From assembly GCA_016181305.1 (NCBI GenBank), contig JACOZN010000010.1, positions 149,426 to 213,425 of the forward strand: a stretch of 64,000 bases of DNA, written 5' to 3'. Below are positions 28,651 to 37,857 of the stretch, piece after piece. The position numbers and the translations under genes are program-made. The DNA is from Candidatus Woesearchaeota archaeon. GTDB taxonomy: Archaea; Nanobdellota; Nanobdellia; Woesearchaeales; GW2011-AR4. The notes under the pieces are model-generated. The model saw nothing but the letters and a program-made list of their open reading frames with translations. It ran no database searches and had not been told where the DNA came from. Position 1 is the first letter of the stretch. Each line of letters starts with the position of its first letter.

Positions 28651-29221
28651 GCATCTTACCTTTCACAGAGTTAAAGTTAGTTGTTACGTCTTCAGGATTC
28701 AGTCCCTTTTTTATGTAGGCTGAAAACTGCTTTTTGTATCTTTGCGCGTCATTCTTAAGCGCCTGCGCATATTTTGCTATGTGGTCTCCCGATATCCTTT
28801 CTTTCCGTGGAAGCATCTCCTTGTCAAACGGTATTTTAAGCCCTGCATCAACCGCCCCTGCAAGCACAGCATACAGGCCTGAACCTTTTGACGAATTACT
28901 AAAGCCGATGTCAAGTATAGGCTCTTTAATTCCTTTCTCAAGGGCCTTTTTCCCTGCCAAGAATCCTGTCAGGTACGCGCTTGGCAGGTTACCCCCGCCA
29001 TAGCTCCAGCCAAGCTTGGCAAGCGTGTTTGAGCTTACCGCCAGCAAGATCCTGTCGCCTTTTGGACTGTACTCCACAACAGCAGCATGAAAATTTTTAA
29101 GTGATTTCCTCACTACAAATCTGAGTCTATTGGATACCAGCAGCTTGAGCCTTTTCCTGTAGTTTGTTCTTCCCTGCCTTTTCCTTCTGAAAGGCATTGT
29201 ATATGTTTTGCCAGCAATCAT
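28643..29221 (-). CDS. rpl18: 50S ribosomal protein uL18
   Basis: RRKR.G.TNYRKRLKLL, NLPSAYLTG, GAVDAGL. Confidence 0.96.
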   Translation of the reverse strand: MIAGKTYTMPFRRKRQGRTNYRKRLKLLVSNRLRFVVRKSLKNFHAAVVEYSPKGDRILLAVSSNTLAKLGWSYGGGNLPSAYLTGFLAGKKALEKGIKEPILDIGFSNSSKGSGLYAVLAGAVDAGLKIPFDKEMLPRKERISGDHIAKYAQALKNDAQRYKKQFSAYIKKGLNPEDVTTNFNSVKGKMHG

Positions 29222-29664
29222 TTTTTTGATATTCCCTTTTCATTCACGTAAAGCTTTAGATGCCTTAGGTTCCTGAAAAATCCTCCTTTGCTTTTCATGT
29301 AAAGCTCATGATATACGGATGTCGTTATAGCCCCTTTGCCCCTCAGTGATTTGATAAAAACCCTTTGCAGCCTTATCCTGTTTATCCAGTCCCTTTTGGG
29401 CTCCAGCCTTGCTGTTTTTTTCCCTTTTCTTGAACCGTGCCCTTTTTGCCTTCCTTTGCTTTTTTGCATTTTTCTACGCCGGGCCCAGAATTTTGACGTG
29501 TTCAAGACCATTTTTTTGGTGATAGCCCCGTTGTTTATCAGGGTTAGCACGTCTTTTTTTGTTATGGCTTCTTTTATATCGTCGAGCCTGCCTGCATCAA
29601 AACTTACCCTGTTTTGCCCGCATTTTAAAATCTGGGCCGCCAGCCTTCTTTGTACTCTCAGCAT
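29218..29664 (-). CDS. rpl19e: 50S ribosomal protein eL19
   Basis: QRRLAA.ILKCG..RV, KG...G.GSRKG, WI.RIR.QR, LY...KGG.F. Confidence 0.96.
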   Translation of the reverse strand: MLRVQRRLAAQILKCGQNRVSFDAGRLDDIKEAITKKDVLTLINNGAITKKMVLNTSKFWARRRKMQKSKGRQKGHGSRKGKKTARLEPKRDWINRIRLQRVFIKSLRGKGAITTSVYHELYMKSKGGFFRNLRHLKLYVNEKGISKK

Positions 29665-29665
29665 T

Positions 29666-30250
29666 TTAAACCTTTTTTGTCAGCACTTTGTCTTTTTCCT
29701 TTTTTTCGGATTCTTTTTTGCCCTCTTCCGTTAATTTTTGTCCTGTGCTTTTTTCCTGATTTTCTTTTGATTCTTTTTCCGCTTCGTGCCCCTTGGGCCC
29801 CTCCTTCTTCGCTTCCTTGGATGCTTTCTTTTTTGATTCAATCGTGTCTTCTATTTTTTTGATATGCTCGTCAATATTTAAATTCAAGACAGCGATGTTC
29901 AGCTCCTTTGCCTTTTTCAGGATTACGAGCCTTTTTCTCATGCCGATTTTTCCAGATATTATTATGCCCTCGCTTTCCTTTCTTATTTTTCCGACCCCAT
30001 CAGGCGAAAATACACTTATCATTTTTAATCCGGAATTGTGGAGCCCTTTTACGGCTTTTGGCGATTTGTAGCCGGGAGACGGCATCTTCCTTCTGCCCTT
30101 GAAGCGGTGCCTTATCTTTGAGTGTATGCCTTTTGGCTTCCTCCACTTTAGCTTTCTGCCAAGCCTCTTTCTTCTTTGATAGTCTTGTCTAATAAAGTCT
30201 GGTTTTTTTTCCTTTACGCTCTTCCTGATTTCCAAAAGCTTATCAATCAT
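29666..30250 (-). CDS. rpl32e: 50S ribosomal protein eL32
   Basis: KP.F.RQD, WRKPKGIHSK.R, GY.SP..V.GLH.SG. Confidence 0.96.
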   Translation of the reverse strand: MIDKLLEIRKSVKEKKPDFIRQDYQRRKRLGRKLKWRKPKGIHSKIRHRFKGRRKMPSPGYKSPKAVKGLHNSGLKMISVFSPDGVGKIRKESEGIIISGKIGMRKRLVILKKAKELNIAVLNLNIDEHIKKIEDTIESKKKASKEAKKEGPKGHEAEKESKENQEKSTGQKLTEEGKKESEKKEKDKVLTKKV

Positions 30251-30813
30251 TTCATCTCTTTTCCGTCTTTGTTGATTATATATATTCCGTCTTGGAAAAT
30301 TCTTGTGTCGTAGCCTGGCCTTCTTGCCAATTGCTCTATATCGGCGCTTGCCTGCCCTGCAGTTTCCTTGCTCGCGCTGGTTATATAAATCAAATCCCCT
30401 TCAATTTTGACATTTGCTCCCTCCCTTAGCTGCAAAACCCTCGGCACCTTCTCCCCAAGGAGGTTTTTAACAACAAGCTTGCCGCCTGCTACGCTTACAT
30501 TCATGGGAAAATGCCCCGAGCATATTTTCAGCACATAAGTGTGGTTTTGCGTGCTGCCTCTTGCCATGTTTTTGATGTGCGCAACCATCGAGCCCATCAT
30601 TTTCTTGTCTGTTTTTGTCCCTCCACTTGATTCAAGGATTATTTTTTTGTCTTCTATTTTTACTGAGATATTGTGCTGCTTCAGCACTCTGGCAGACTCC
30701 CCTTTTGGGCCAGCCACTTTAAGGAAACCAGCATTAATGGTGGCATTTACGCCGCTAGGCAGACCTACTTCCCTTGTTATTTTCTTTTTTCCTATGCCTT
30801 TGATTTTTACCAT
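30247..30813 (-). CDS. rpl6: 50S ribosomal protein uL6
   Basis: V.GPKG, HFP, N.LGEK.PR, AGQ.SA.IEQ, D.RIFQDGIYI; start moved to 30813. Confidence 0.95.
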   Translation of the reverse strand: MVKIKGIGKKKITREVGLPSGVNATINAGFLKVAGPKGESARVLKQHNISVKIEDKKIILESSGGTKTDKKMMGSMVAHIKNMARGSTQNHTYVLKICSGHFPMNVSVAGGKLVVKNLLGEKVPRVLQLREGANVKIEGDLIYITSASKETAGQASADIEQLARRPGYDTRIFQDGIYIINKDGKEMK

Positions 30814-30814
30814 T

Positions 30815-31204
30815 TTAATAACAATAAGCCAGCAGCCTTCCTCCTGTTTTTTTTGATTTGGCGTCATAATGCGAGATAATGCCTCTTGGGGTTGATACAA
30901 ACAATATTCCTATGTCCTTTGCAGGAAGGTATCTCCTTTCAAACTTCTCAAAGCCGTTGCCTTTTACGCTGTATCTGGGCTTGATTACGCCGCATTTGTT
31001 TATGCCTCCGATGAGGTTGAGCCTGAGATAATTGCCCCTGCCGTCTTCAACTTCCTTGAAATCCCCGACATAGCCGTTCTCTTGCATTATCTTCAGTATA
31101 TCCTTTATCAGCTTTGAGACTGGCTTTATGAGGCATTCCTGTTTCCCTATAGCCTCGTTATTAAGCATCAATGACATCATATTTGCTAATGGATCGTTAA
31201 GCAT
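30815..31204 (-). CDS. rps8: 30S ribosomal protein uS8
   Basis: DPLAN, L.G.INKCGVIKPR, STPRG, GGRLLAYCY. Confidence 0.96.
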   Translation of the reverse strand: MLNDPLANMMSLMLNNEAIGKQECLIKPVSKLIKDILKIMQENGYVGDFKEVEDGRGNYLRLNLIGGINKCGVIKPRYSVKGNGFEKFERRYLPAKDIGILFVSTPRGIISHYDAKSKKTGGRLLAYCY

Positions 31205-31215
31205 TTTTAAGCACC

Positions 31216-31446
31216 TTAATTATATTTTTTAAATCCCAGGTTTGTGGCTATCTCCCTGAAGCAGGTTCTGCAAAGGCTTAATCCGTACTTGCTTATGTGG
31301 GCTCCGGGCCTTCCGCAGCGCCTGCATTTTTTTATTGACCTGCCGTACTTTCTCTGCTTCGGGGCATTATGCCTCATGTATTTCTGCAGCTTTGCAGGCT
31401 TTGCCTTCAGCTGCTTGAGCATCTTCCTATAATCACTATAGGTCAT
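31216..31446 (-). CDS. rps14: 30S ribosomal protein uS14 (Zn type)
   Basis: CRRCG...I.KYGL.LCR.CFRE.A..LGFKKY. Confidence 0.96.
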   Translation of the reverse strand: MTYSDYRKMLKQLKAKPAKLQKYMRHNAPKQRKYGRSIKKCRRCGRPGAHISKYGLSLCRTCFREIATNLGFKKYN

Positions 31447-31959
31447 TTACTCAACCTCCACTTTCAGGTCGAAGTTTTTTGACATAAACTCCACTGCTTC
31501 CTGCCTTGAAACCCTGTGCCTTGCCGGTATCTTTCTCGCAAGCAGCCTTCTCCGCTTTATCCTGTAGCCGGGCCTTTCAAGGGTAACACACACTTCAAGC
31601 CCCATAATTCCTATCTTTGGGTCATATTTCACGCCGGGAATGTCTATGTACTCGTGAATGCCGAATGCCACGTTTCCGTTGCTGTCAAACTGGTTTTCCC
31701 TGAGCTTGTTGTCAACAGCTTCGAGCAGCTTCTGGAGCAGTTTGACTGCCCTGTCTTTTCTCAAAGTAAGCTTGCACCCTATCGGCAGTCCCGGCCTGAG
31801 CCCCCATTCCTGAATTCTCTTGCTTGTCACTGTCTTTATAGGAGTTGCATTTGCAATTGCATTGAGGAGGATTATTCCCTTCTCTAGCTTTGACTGGTCT
31901 TTCCCCGCCCCGATGTTTAGTGTTACCTTCTCCACCCTTATTCCTTTCATTGAATTCAT
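31447..31959 (-). CDS. rpl5: 50S ribosomal protein uL5
   Basis: EKVTLNIG.G, IGCK.TLR, GN..FGI.E.IDIPG.KYDP.IG. Confidence 0.97.
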   Translation of the reverse strand: MNSMKGIRVEKVTLNIGAGKDQSKLEKGIILLNAIANATPIKTVTSKRIQEWGLRPGLPIGCKLTLRKDRAVKLLQKLLEAVDNKLRENQFDSNGNVAFGIHEYIDIPGVKYDPKIGIMGLEVCVTLERPGYRIKRRRLLARKIPARHRVSRQEAVEFMSKNFDLKVEVE

Positions 31960-32651
31960 ATTGAACCCAGTGTGATTAAAGGCTTGCTGTCACCTATCAC
32001 AAAAGCATATTTCTTTGACGTCTCCACAAGAACACCTTTTTCGTCCTTGTAGACTATCTTGCTCCCAACTATGTTTTCAACACTTCCAAGCTCGCCTATG
32101 TGCTTTCCTCCTGTAAGGATTATGACTGAATTTTTGCCCAGCTTAAGGTGCTTGCTGATTTTCTGGTCAGGCAAAGACATCATCAGCGTGTCTCCGACAG
32201 AATATGCCTTGTCGCTTGCAATAATGTTCTTGCCGTCGTAAAGGTTCAGCTGCAGCCTGCCTTTTACGGCTGTTTTTCCTGTGATTTTGCAAGGCTTCGT
32301 CAAAGCCTCGTCCTTGCTTATCTTCGCAAGCGCTATTTTGCCTTTTTTGCCAAGAACCACCCTGAAATGCTCTTTCGTGCCGGAAAACTCAACAGCATCA
32401 AAAATACCCACAGGAAACCCGAGGTCTTTTCTTGGCTTGCCGTCAATCTTTATTTCACCGGAATTCAGTATTTTCTTGGCCTCTCTTGTTGTGCCGGCAT
32501 ATCCCATCACTTCCTTTAGCATTACGCTTAGCGGGATTCCTGATCCCAGATTGTGGGGGCCTGGCGCCTGTTTTGCAATAAATTTCCGGCCCTTTCTCTT
32601 TATCTGCCATGTTTTTGGCGCTGCAAACCTTTTAATGTGGTTTTTTCCCAT
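31956..32651 (-). CDS. rps4e: 30S ribosomal protein eS4
   Basis: H.KR.AAP..W, PGPH, KIDGK.R.D..FPVG. Confidence 0.96.
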   Translation of the reverse strand: MGKNHIKRFAAPKTWQIKRKGRKFIAKQAPGPHNLGSGIPLSVMLKEVMGYAGTTREAKKILNSGEIKIDGKPRKDLGFPVGIFDAVEFSGTKEHFRVVLGKKGKIALAKISKDEALTKPCKITGKTAVKGRLQLNLYDGKNIIASDKAYSVGDTLMMSLPDQKISKHLKLGKNSVIILTGGKHIGELGSVENIVGSKIVYKDEKGVLVETSKKYAFVIGDSKPLITLGSI

Positions 32652-32652
32652 T

Positions 32653-33030
32653 TTACTTTCTCTCCAGTATTTCCTGCCTTTGTTTGTCGTCTAAATTCAG
32701 CTCTGTTATCATCAGGTTCGAGGGGTTGAATAACACAAGCCTCTTGGTGCCGTCTTTTTTTGTTACCTCAATGCCGCTCACAAAAACAGCCGTGTCTTTT
32801 GTGCTTATGGAATCAACCTTGCCTTCCTGCTTTTTGAAATTCCCCCTCATTATCTTCACTTTGTCGCCTTTGCGCAGGCTCACGCTTCTCATACTATACT
32901 TCTTTCTCAGGTCTTTTGACAGGTGAGAATGCACCAGCTTTTGCTTTATGTGGAGGGGTGCATTTAACCTGTACTTCCTTTGCTTTCTCGGTTTCCCGCT
33001 GCTTTTCCACGCGCCTGAAAATTTTTTCAT
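32653..33030 (-). CDS. rpl24: 50S ribosomal protein uL24
   Basis: S.KPRKQRK...APLH, RS..LRKGDKVKIMRG, PSNL.I; start moved to 33030. Confidence 0.95.
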   Translation of the reverse strand: MKKFSGAWKSSGKPRKQRKYRLNAPLHIKQKLVHSHLSKDLRKKYSMRSVSLRKGDKVKIMRGNFKKQEGKVDSISTKDTAVFVSGIEVTKKDGTKRLVLFNPSNLMITELNLDDKQRQEILERK

Positions 33031-33034
33031 TTTG

Positions 33035-33436
33035 TCAAACAACTGTGCTCGCGATTTTTGCAATTCCGGGCCACCTCTCGCATGCCTCCTTCGCAATTGC
33101 TCCCTTGAATATAGTGCCTTTTGGGTTGCCTTTCTCGTCTTTAAGGACAACTGCTGAGTTATCCTCAAACTTTATCCTTGTGCCGTCAGCCCTCCTGTAC
33201 TCCTTCCTTTGCCTGACAATTATTGCATACACAACCTGCTTTCTCATGTCCGGACGCCCCCTCACTACTGATGCCATGACAAGATCGCCTACGCCACATG
33301 AGGAAATCCTCCCCTTTGTTGTTTTCAGGCCTACAACTGTGAAAACCCTTATTACTTTGGCTCCTGAATTGTCGCATGTTTCAATCCTGCATCCCACCGG
33401 AAGGGGCCTTCCGATGCGGGCTTTCAACGGCTGCAT
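33035..33436 (-). CDS. rpl14: 50S ribosomal protein uL14
   Basis: DNSGAK, GVGD, VRQRKEYRR.DG.RIKFEDN, PKGT. Confidence 0.97.
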   Translation of the reverse strand: MQPLKARIGRPLPVGCRIETCDNSGAKVIRVFTVVGLKTTKGRISSCGVGDLVMASVVRGRPDMRKQVVYAIIVRQRKEYRRADGTRIKFEDNSAVVLKDEKGNPKGTIFKGAIAKEACERWPGIAKIASTVV

Positions 33437-33862
33437 TTAAACTGCCTCCTGGGTTTCTGATTCCTGCTTCTTTGCCTCAATTTTTGAGGCCTCTCTCGCT
33501 TCCATTTTTCCCTTGAACCCCTTCTCGACGCCAAGTTTCCTTATTATGACAAAGTTTTTTGTCTTGCTCAGCGGCCTGCACTCAACCACACCCACCAAGT
33601 CACCTTCCTTTGCATTGATGCAGTCCGGGTTGTGCACATTCATTTTTGTCCTTCTTTTCTCGTATCTCTCGTATTTTCTCAAAAAATGAAGCCTCTCAAA
33701 CTCTATAACGGCTGTTCTTCTCATTCTTCCCGATATGACTATTCCTGTGAAATGCCTGCCGCGCACGCTTAGCCTGCCATGGTATGGGCATTTGGCGTCG
33801 CTGCATTTGTTTTTTGGAGCTTCTGCAGCCATGCCTATTCCCCCTGATTCCTGTGTTTTCAT
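33437..33862 (-). CDS. rps17: 30S ribosomal protein uS17
   Basis: C.D..CP.HG.LSVRG, KYERYEKRR, ECRPLSKTK; may start at 33832. Confidence 0.95.
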   Translation of the reverse strand: MKTQESGGIGMAAEAPKNKCSDAKCPYHGRLSVRGRHFTGIVISGRMRRTAVIEFERLHFLRKYERYEKRRTKMNVHNPDCINAKEGDLVGVVECRPLSKTKNFVIIRKLGVEKGFKGKMEAREASKIEAKKQESETQEAV

Positions 33863-33909
33863 TTTATTGTTTTATTTACTGCAAACTGTGTTTTAACTGT
33901 CTTTTTCTT

Positions 33910-34218
33910 TTACCTTATCTCTACGCTGCTTGGTGCAAAGCCGTGCTCAATAAGTATTTTTTTTACTTTTATCTTGTGCTCTCCCTGCAATTCTATCTTG
34001 CCGTCCTTTATTGTGCCTCCGCACGCGAGCTCTGACTTCAGCTTTTTTGCCAACTCCTTCAGGTCTATTTCCTTTTCGTCTATGCCCTCAACAATCGTGT
34101 AGTTCTTGTTGAATTTCTTCTTCTCTATATAGACCAAAATTTTTTGGCTCTCCTTTGCTATTGTCTCGCATACGCAAAGCTCTTTCACCAAACCGCACAC
34201 TGGACATATTTCACTCAT
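33910..34218 (-). CDS. sui1: Translation initiation factor aIF1/SUI1
   Basis: C..CGL..ELCVCE, LK..LACGGT, IELQG.H. Confidence 0.96.
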   Translation of the reverse strand: MSEICPVCGLVKELCVCETIAKESQKILVYIEKKKFNKNYTIVEGIDEKEIDLKELAKKLKSELACGGTIKDGKIELQGEHKIKVKKILIEHGFAPSSVEIR

Positions 34219-34429
34219 TCCTTTTTGCGCCCTCCCTGCTTAAAGCCTTCTCCCTTCTTATTGTCATTATTTTTGCGATTGTTTTTTTGGATTCCCTTAC
34301 CTTGCCGGGGCTCTTCGGAACTGTGCCTATTGCAATCTGCGAGTTTGCCTTCATAAGCTCCTTCCTCAGCTCTGCCAGCTTGCCATCCATCTCCGCATCG
34401 CTCATGAGCCTAAGTTCCTTTGCTTTCAT
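34211..34429 (-). CDS. rpl29: 50S ribosomal protein uL29
   Basis: MKAKELR.MS..E...KL.ELRKEL, ..K.IA.I.T. Confidence 0.93.
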   Translation of the reverse strand: MKAKELRLMSDAEMDGKLAELRKELMKANSQIAIGTVPKSPGKVRESKKTIAKIMTIRREKALSREGAKRNE

Positions 34430-35135
34430 CTTTTCCTTCTTTCCCTGTTTCTTTTTTGCGCCTTTTTCTCTTTGTTTCTTTTTTCGGCTGCTCTTCCTTT
34501 TTTTCCCCTGCCTCTTTTACTTCCTCTACCTTGATTTCCATTTCGTCTTTGAGCTCTATGTCATCAGGCAGTTTTATGTCGGGGGGCATTATGCTCACCT
34601 TGACGCCGATTATTCCTGTCTTGAGCTTTGCCTGCGTGTTTGACTTCCTGACGCTGTTTGCTATGTCACCGCATTTTTTCAGGTATCCTGAATAAAATCG
34701 CCAGGATTTTGCCCTGGCACTCGGGACCTTGCCGCTAACGACGATTTCTATGCCAAGCGCGCCTGCCTTCATTACTTCCATCATTATCTTGTGGCCTATT
34801 GCCTTGAATTTCTCAGAGCCGAATCTCTCAAGCGCATCAACTATTTTTTCCCCGACTATTTTCGCGTCAAGGCTTGGAATTTCAACCTCGCTTATCTCTA
34901 TCTGCGGGTTCTCGAGCGTGAATCTTTTCTTCAGGGTTTTTGTAAGCTGTTTTATGTTCTGCCCCTTCCTTCCGACGATAAGCCCGGGCCTTGATGTAAA
35001 AATTATGATTTTCTCCCCAAGCGGGGTTTTTACCATTTTTGTATGGCTGTGCCCGACATTCTGCAGGTTCTGGGTTATATATTCCTCTATCTGGAACTCC
35101 TTGATTTTTTGCGCGACAAATTTTCTTTCTATCAA
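34410..35135 (-). CDS. rps3: 30S ribosomal protein uS3 (TTG start)
   Basis: TPLG..I.I...RPG.IVGRKG, G..G.EI..SGK, G.LKKCG; start codon TTG with GGGGGTGA SD. Confidence 0.96.
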   Translation of the reverse strand: MIERKFVAQKIKEFQIEEYITQNLQNVGHSHTKMVKTPLGEKIIIFTSRPGLIVGRKGQNIKQLTKTLKKRFTLENPQIEISEVEIPSLDAKIVGEKIVDALERFGSEKFKAIGHKIMMEVMKAGALGIEIVVSGKVPSARAKSWRFYSGYLKKCGDIANSVRKSNTQAKLKTGIIGVKVSIMPPDIKLPDDIELKDEMEIKVEEVKEAGEKKEEQPKKETKRKRRKKETGKEGKDESKGT

Positions 35136-35158
35136 AATTTCACCCCCGTGAAATTTTG
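35133..35158 (-). promoter_or_regulatory. Perfect 11-bp hairpin containing the SD and start codon of rps3
   Basis: mRNA CAAAATTTCAC-GGGG-GTGAAATTTTG; the final TTG is the start codon. Confidence 0.7.
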
Positions 35159-35190
35159 GGAGTTACAAAAATTTTTAATTTTTGATACTA

Positions 35191-35667
35191 TCATTTTTTT
35201 GTTGAATTTGCTTTTTCAGTCTGCTTTTCTTTTTGCTTGGACTCCTGCAAGACAATCTCTATGTTTGTTCTTTTCATCTTTGTCCTCTGTTTCCTCCCAA
35301 AATGCCATGACTTCCCTGCCTTGTGCGCTGAAATGTGGGTTATCACAAGGTTTGATGTATTCATCCCCTTGAATTGCGCATTTGCCTCTGCACCCTCTAT
35401 CAGCTTGATGAACTCTATCGAGGTGTTTTTTGGGTGCCTTCCGGGGCCTATTTTTCTCTTGTGCCCCAGGTCGGAGTTATATCTTCTCATAGGAACAGCT
35501 GTTTTCTTGTCAACAACGCTTTGCAGCAGTTTCTTTGCTGCACCGGTTTCCCTGTCTTTGATAAACTGGCATATCTCGACACTTTGCTTAAATGATACAG
35601 GCAGGGCAACTCCCAATGCCCTTGCCATGTGCTCCTTATCATATTTTTGGTATGTGTATCCTTTCAT
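35191..35667 (-). CDS. rpl22: 50S ribosomal protein uL22
   Basis: S.K.SVEIC, VP.RRY, GHKR..GPGR.P, ANA..KG. Confidence 0.96.
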   Translation of the reverse strand: MKGYTYQKYDKEHMARALGVALPVSFKQSVEICQFIKDRETGAAKKLLQSVVDKKTAVPMRRYNSDLGHKRKIGPGRHPKNTSIEFIKLIEGAEANAQFKGMNTSNLVITHISAHKAGKSWHFGRKQRTKMKRTNIEIVLQESKQKEKQTEKANSTKK

Positions 35668-35668
35668 T

Positions 35669-36052
35669 TTACTTCACCGACAGGCTTGCGCTGGATTTTG
35701 TGGCCCCTATTCCGGGCGCGCTGTGCGCGACTCTTTTTCTTGTCAGGGCAAACTCGCCGAGGCAGTGCCCTATCATGTCAGGCTCAACTGACACAGGCAC
35801 GAATTCCCTGCCCTGGTGCACCTTTATGATTTTTCCTATCATCTCGGGCAGTATTACCATATCCCTGCAATGCGTCTCTATATTTTTCTCGTTAGCCCTT
35901 AGTTTCTTCAGCAGGATTTTCTGCTGCTCGGTGAACCCCCTCTTTAACACCCTTCTCTGCCTTGCAGTAAAAATCTGCGCGAGCTCGTTGATGCTCAGTT
36001 TTTTGAGCTCTTCCGGAGTTTTTCCCTTGAAAGTGAATTCTTTTTTTGCCAT
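35669..36052 (-). CDS. rps19: 30S ribosomal protein uS19
   Basis: F.F.GK..EEL, TH.RDM.ILPEM.G, IGH.LGEF..TR..V.H..PG.GAT.SS. Confidence 0.97.
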   Translation of the reverse strand: MAKKEFTFKGKTPEELKKLSINELAQIFTARQRRVLKRGFTEQQKILLKKLRANEKNIETHCRDMVILPEMIGKIIKVHQGREFVPVSVEPDMIGHCLGEFALTRKRVAHSAPGIGATKSSASLSVK

Positions 36053-36053
36053 T

Positions 36054-36773
36054 TTATCTCTTATGCCTGCCTGTTCTCTTTGGGGCTATTTTGCCCACTT
36101 TTCTTCCCGGCGGTGAATTTCTTGCAGATTGTGTTGGAATACCTTTTGCGTGCGAGCTTGAGCCTCCAAATGGGTGATCCACTGAATTCATTGATGTTCC
36201 GCTCACTATAGGCCACATTTTGTTTCTTGCAGTCATTGCATAATATCTTGTTCCCGCCTTCAAAAAGGGCTTCTCTGTCCTGCCCGAGCCTGCAACAACA
36301 CCTATAACTGCCTTGCATTCGGGCATGAATGTCCTTCTCTTGCTTGATGGCAGCTCAACGACAACACCTTCATCCATTTTTGTGATTATCTTGGCAAAAG
36401 CCCCCCCTGCCCTTACAAACTTGCCGCCGTCGCCGGGGTTTGACTCGATGTTATAGATTGATGTCCCTTCCGGAATGCTTTTCAACGGAAGTATGTTTCC
36501 TGATTTTATCTCCACATCCTTTCCAATCTCAATTTTATCCCCCACTTTGATGCCTTCCGGGGCCTGAAGCAGGCTTGTCTCGCCGTTGCTGTACTTAAGC
36601 TCCATCAAGGGCGCGCTGTGCCCGCTGCTGTGCACTATATCACCTACGCTGGCGCTGATTACCTTGCCTTCCTCATATCCTGTAAAGTCCGCTTTTCCCC
36701 TGTATCTGAAACTCGGAGCCCTGTACCTTGGGCTTCCTTTCCCCCTCTTCTGCTGGATTAAGCTCTTTCCCAT
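36054..36773 (-). CDS. rpl2: 50S ribosomal protein uL2
   Basis: MGK.LIQQ.RG.G, PGDGGKFVR, MN.VDHPFGG, PPGRKVG.IA.KRTG. Confidence 0.97.
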   Translation of the reverse strand: MGKSLIQQKRGKGSPRYRAPSFRYRGKADFTGYEEGKVISASVGDIVHSSGHSAPLMELKYSNGETSLLQAPEGIKVGDKIEIGKDVEIKSGNILPLKSIPEGTSIYNIESNPGDGGKFVRAGGAFAKIITKMDEGVVVELPSSKRRTFMPECKAVIGVVAGSGRTEKPFLKAGTRYYAMTARNKMWPIVSGTSMNSVDHPFGGSSSHAKGIPTQSARNSPPGRKVGKIAPKRTGRHKR

Positions 36774-36786
36774 TTTGCACCATCCA

Positions 36787-37047
36787 TTATATCAATCCCA
36801 TCTGGGTTGCGATGTCTATTGCCGGGTTTTTCGCGGAAAATTTCACATATGCCCTTTTCTCCCCGTCTGCATTAACAAAAGTGTTGACGCTTTCAACCCT
36901 TACCTTGAACATTTCCTGCAGCGCACCCTTTATCTCTCTCTTTGTCGCCTTGTTGCTGACAACAAATATCAGCTTGTTTTCCGATTCCATGAGCCTTATC
37001 GATTTTTCAGTCGACAAAGGGTATTTTATTATGTCGTATGGCTGCAT
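36787..37047 (-). CDS. rpl23: 50S ribosomal protein uL23
   Basis: IIKYP..TEK, N.L.FVV...ATK.EIK, KRAYVK; start moved to 37047. Confidence 0.95.
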   Translation of the reverse strand: MQPYDIIKYPLSTEKSIRLMESENKLIFVVSNKATKREIKGALQEMFKVRVESVNTFVNADGEKRAYVKFSAKNPAIDIATQMGLI

Positions 37048-37049
37048 TT

Positions 37050-37856
37050 TTACCTGAATAAATTCTTGTTTTTCATTATGCTTACTGCCTGGCTCGTCCA
37101 TAAAGTCAGCCTTCCCGGCTTCGCGCCCGGCGCAAGCAGCTCCGCGTTCAGGCTTTCAACTTCCACAACGTCGATGCCAGGTATGTTTGCTGCTGCCTGG
37201 CTCAGGCTGCATTTTTTTGAAACAACAATCAGCGGGCCTTTCTTCCTCCTGTATTTTCTTCCGCGAGACTTTCCTTTTCCAGCCCTTACTTTCTTTTCTC
37301 CGGCACGGGATAATTCACTACCCAAGCCAAGCACCCTCAAAGCTGCAATAATTCTTGCTGTCTTGTCCAGCAGTTCAAACTTTTCGTCCAGCACGAACGG
37401 ATAATTGACTGGCACAGAGTGCCCGTGGCCTGCTACGATGTCTTTTGATATTGTAGCTGCAATAGCGCTCCTTAGCGCCTTCAGCCTTTCTTTCTCGTTT
37501 ATTTTTTTCCACCATATCCTTTCGGTCTTCGGGGGGTGGGCCCGCCTGCCTCCGACAGTGCCAGGCGCAAACGCGCCTACCCAGTTCATTCTCGTGCCTC
37601 TTCTTGAAAGTATTTTTCTCGGAACCCTTGAAATGCCAAACCCGTATGAGCCCCTGTAGTCCCTTCTTCTCCTCGACAATTTTGCTGACGCCCTTTTTCC
37701 CGCCTCGCTGCTTGAGGAATATGCCTGCCTTTTGTGGCTTTGCATTGCAAGCACAGCCCTTTGTATCAGGTCCTGCCTGAACTCCTCGGAAAACTGCCAC
37801 GGCAATTCAATCTCCCCAGTCTTGTTTTTTGATGCATCCAGTATGCTGAGCTTCAT
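37050..37856 (-). CDS. rpl4: 50S ribosomal protein uL4
   Basis: R.DLI.RAV, G.SRVPR, GGRRAHPP, RAGKGK.RGR, LAPG..PGRLT.W. Confidence 0.97.
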   Translation of the reverse strand: MKLSILDASKNKTGEIELPWQFSEEFRQDLIQRAVLAMQSHKRQAYSSSSEAGKRASAKLSRRRRDYRGSYGFGISRVPRKILSRRGTRMNWVGAFAPGTVGGRRAHPPKTERIWWKKINEKERLKALRSAIAATISKDIVAGHGHSVPVNYPFVLDEKFELLDKTARIIAALRVLGLGSELSRAGEKKVRAGKGKSRGRKYRRKKGPLIVVSKKCSLSQAAANIPGIDVVEVESLNAELLAPGAKPGRLTLWTSQAVSIMKNKNLFR

Positions 37857-37857
37857 T

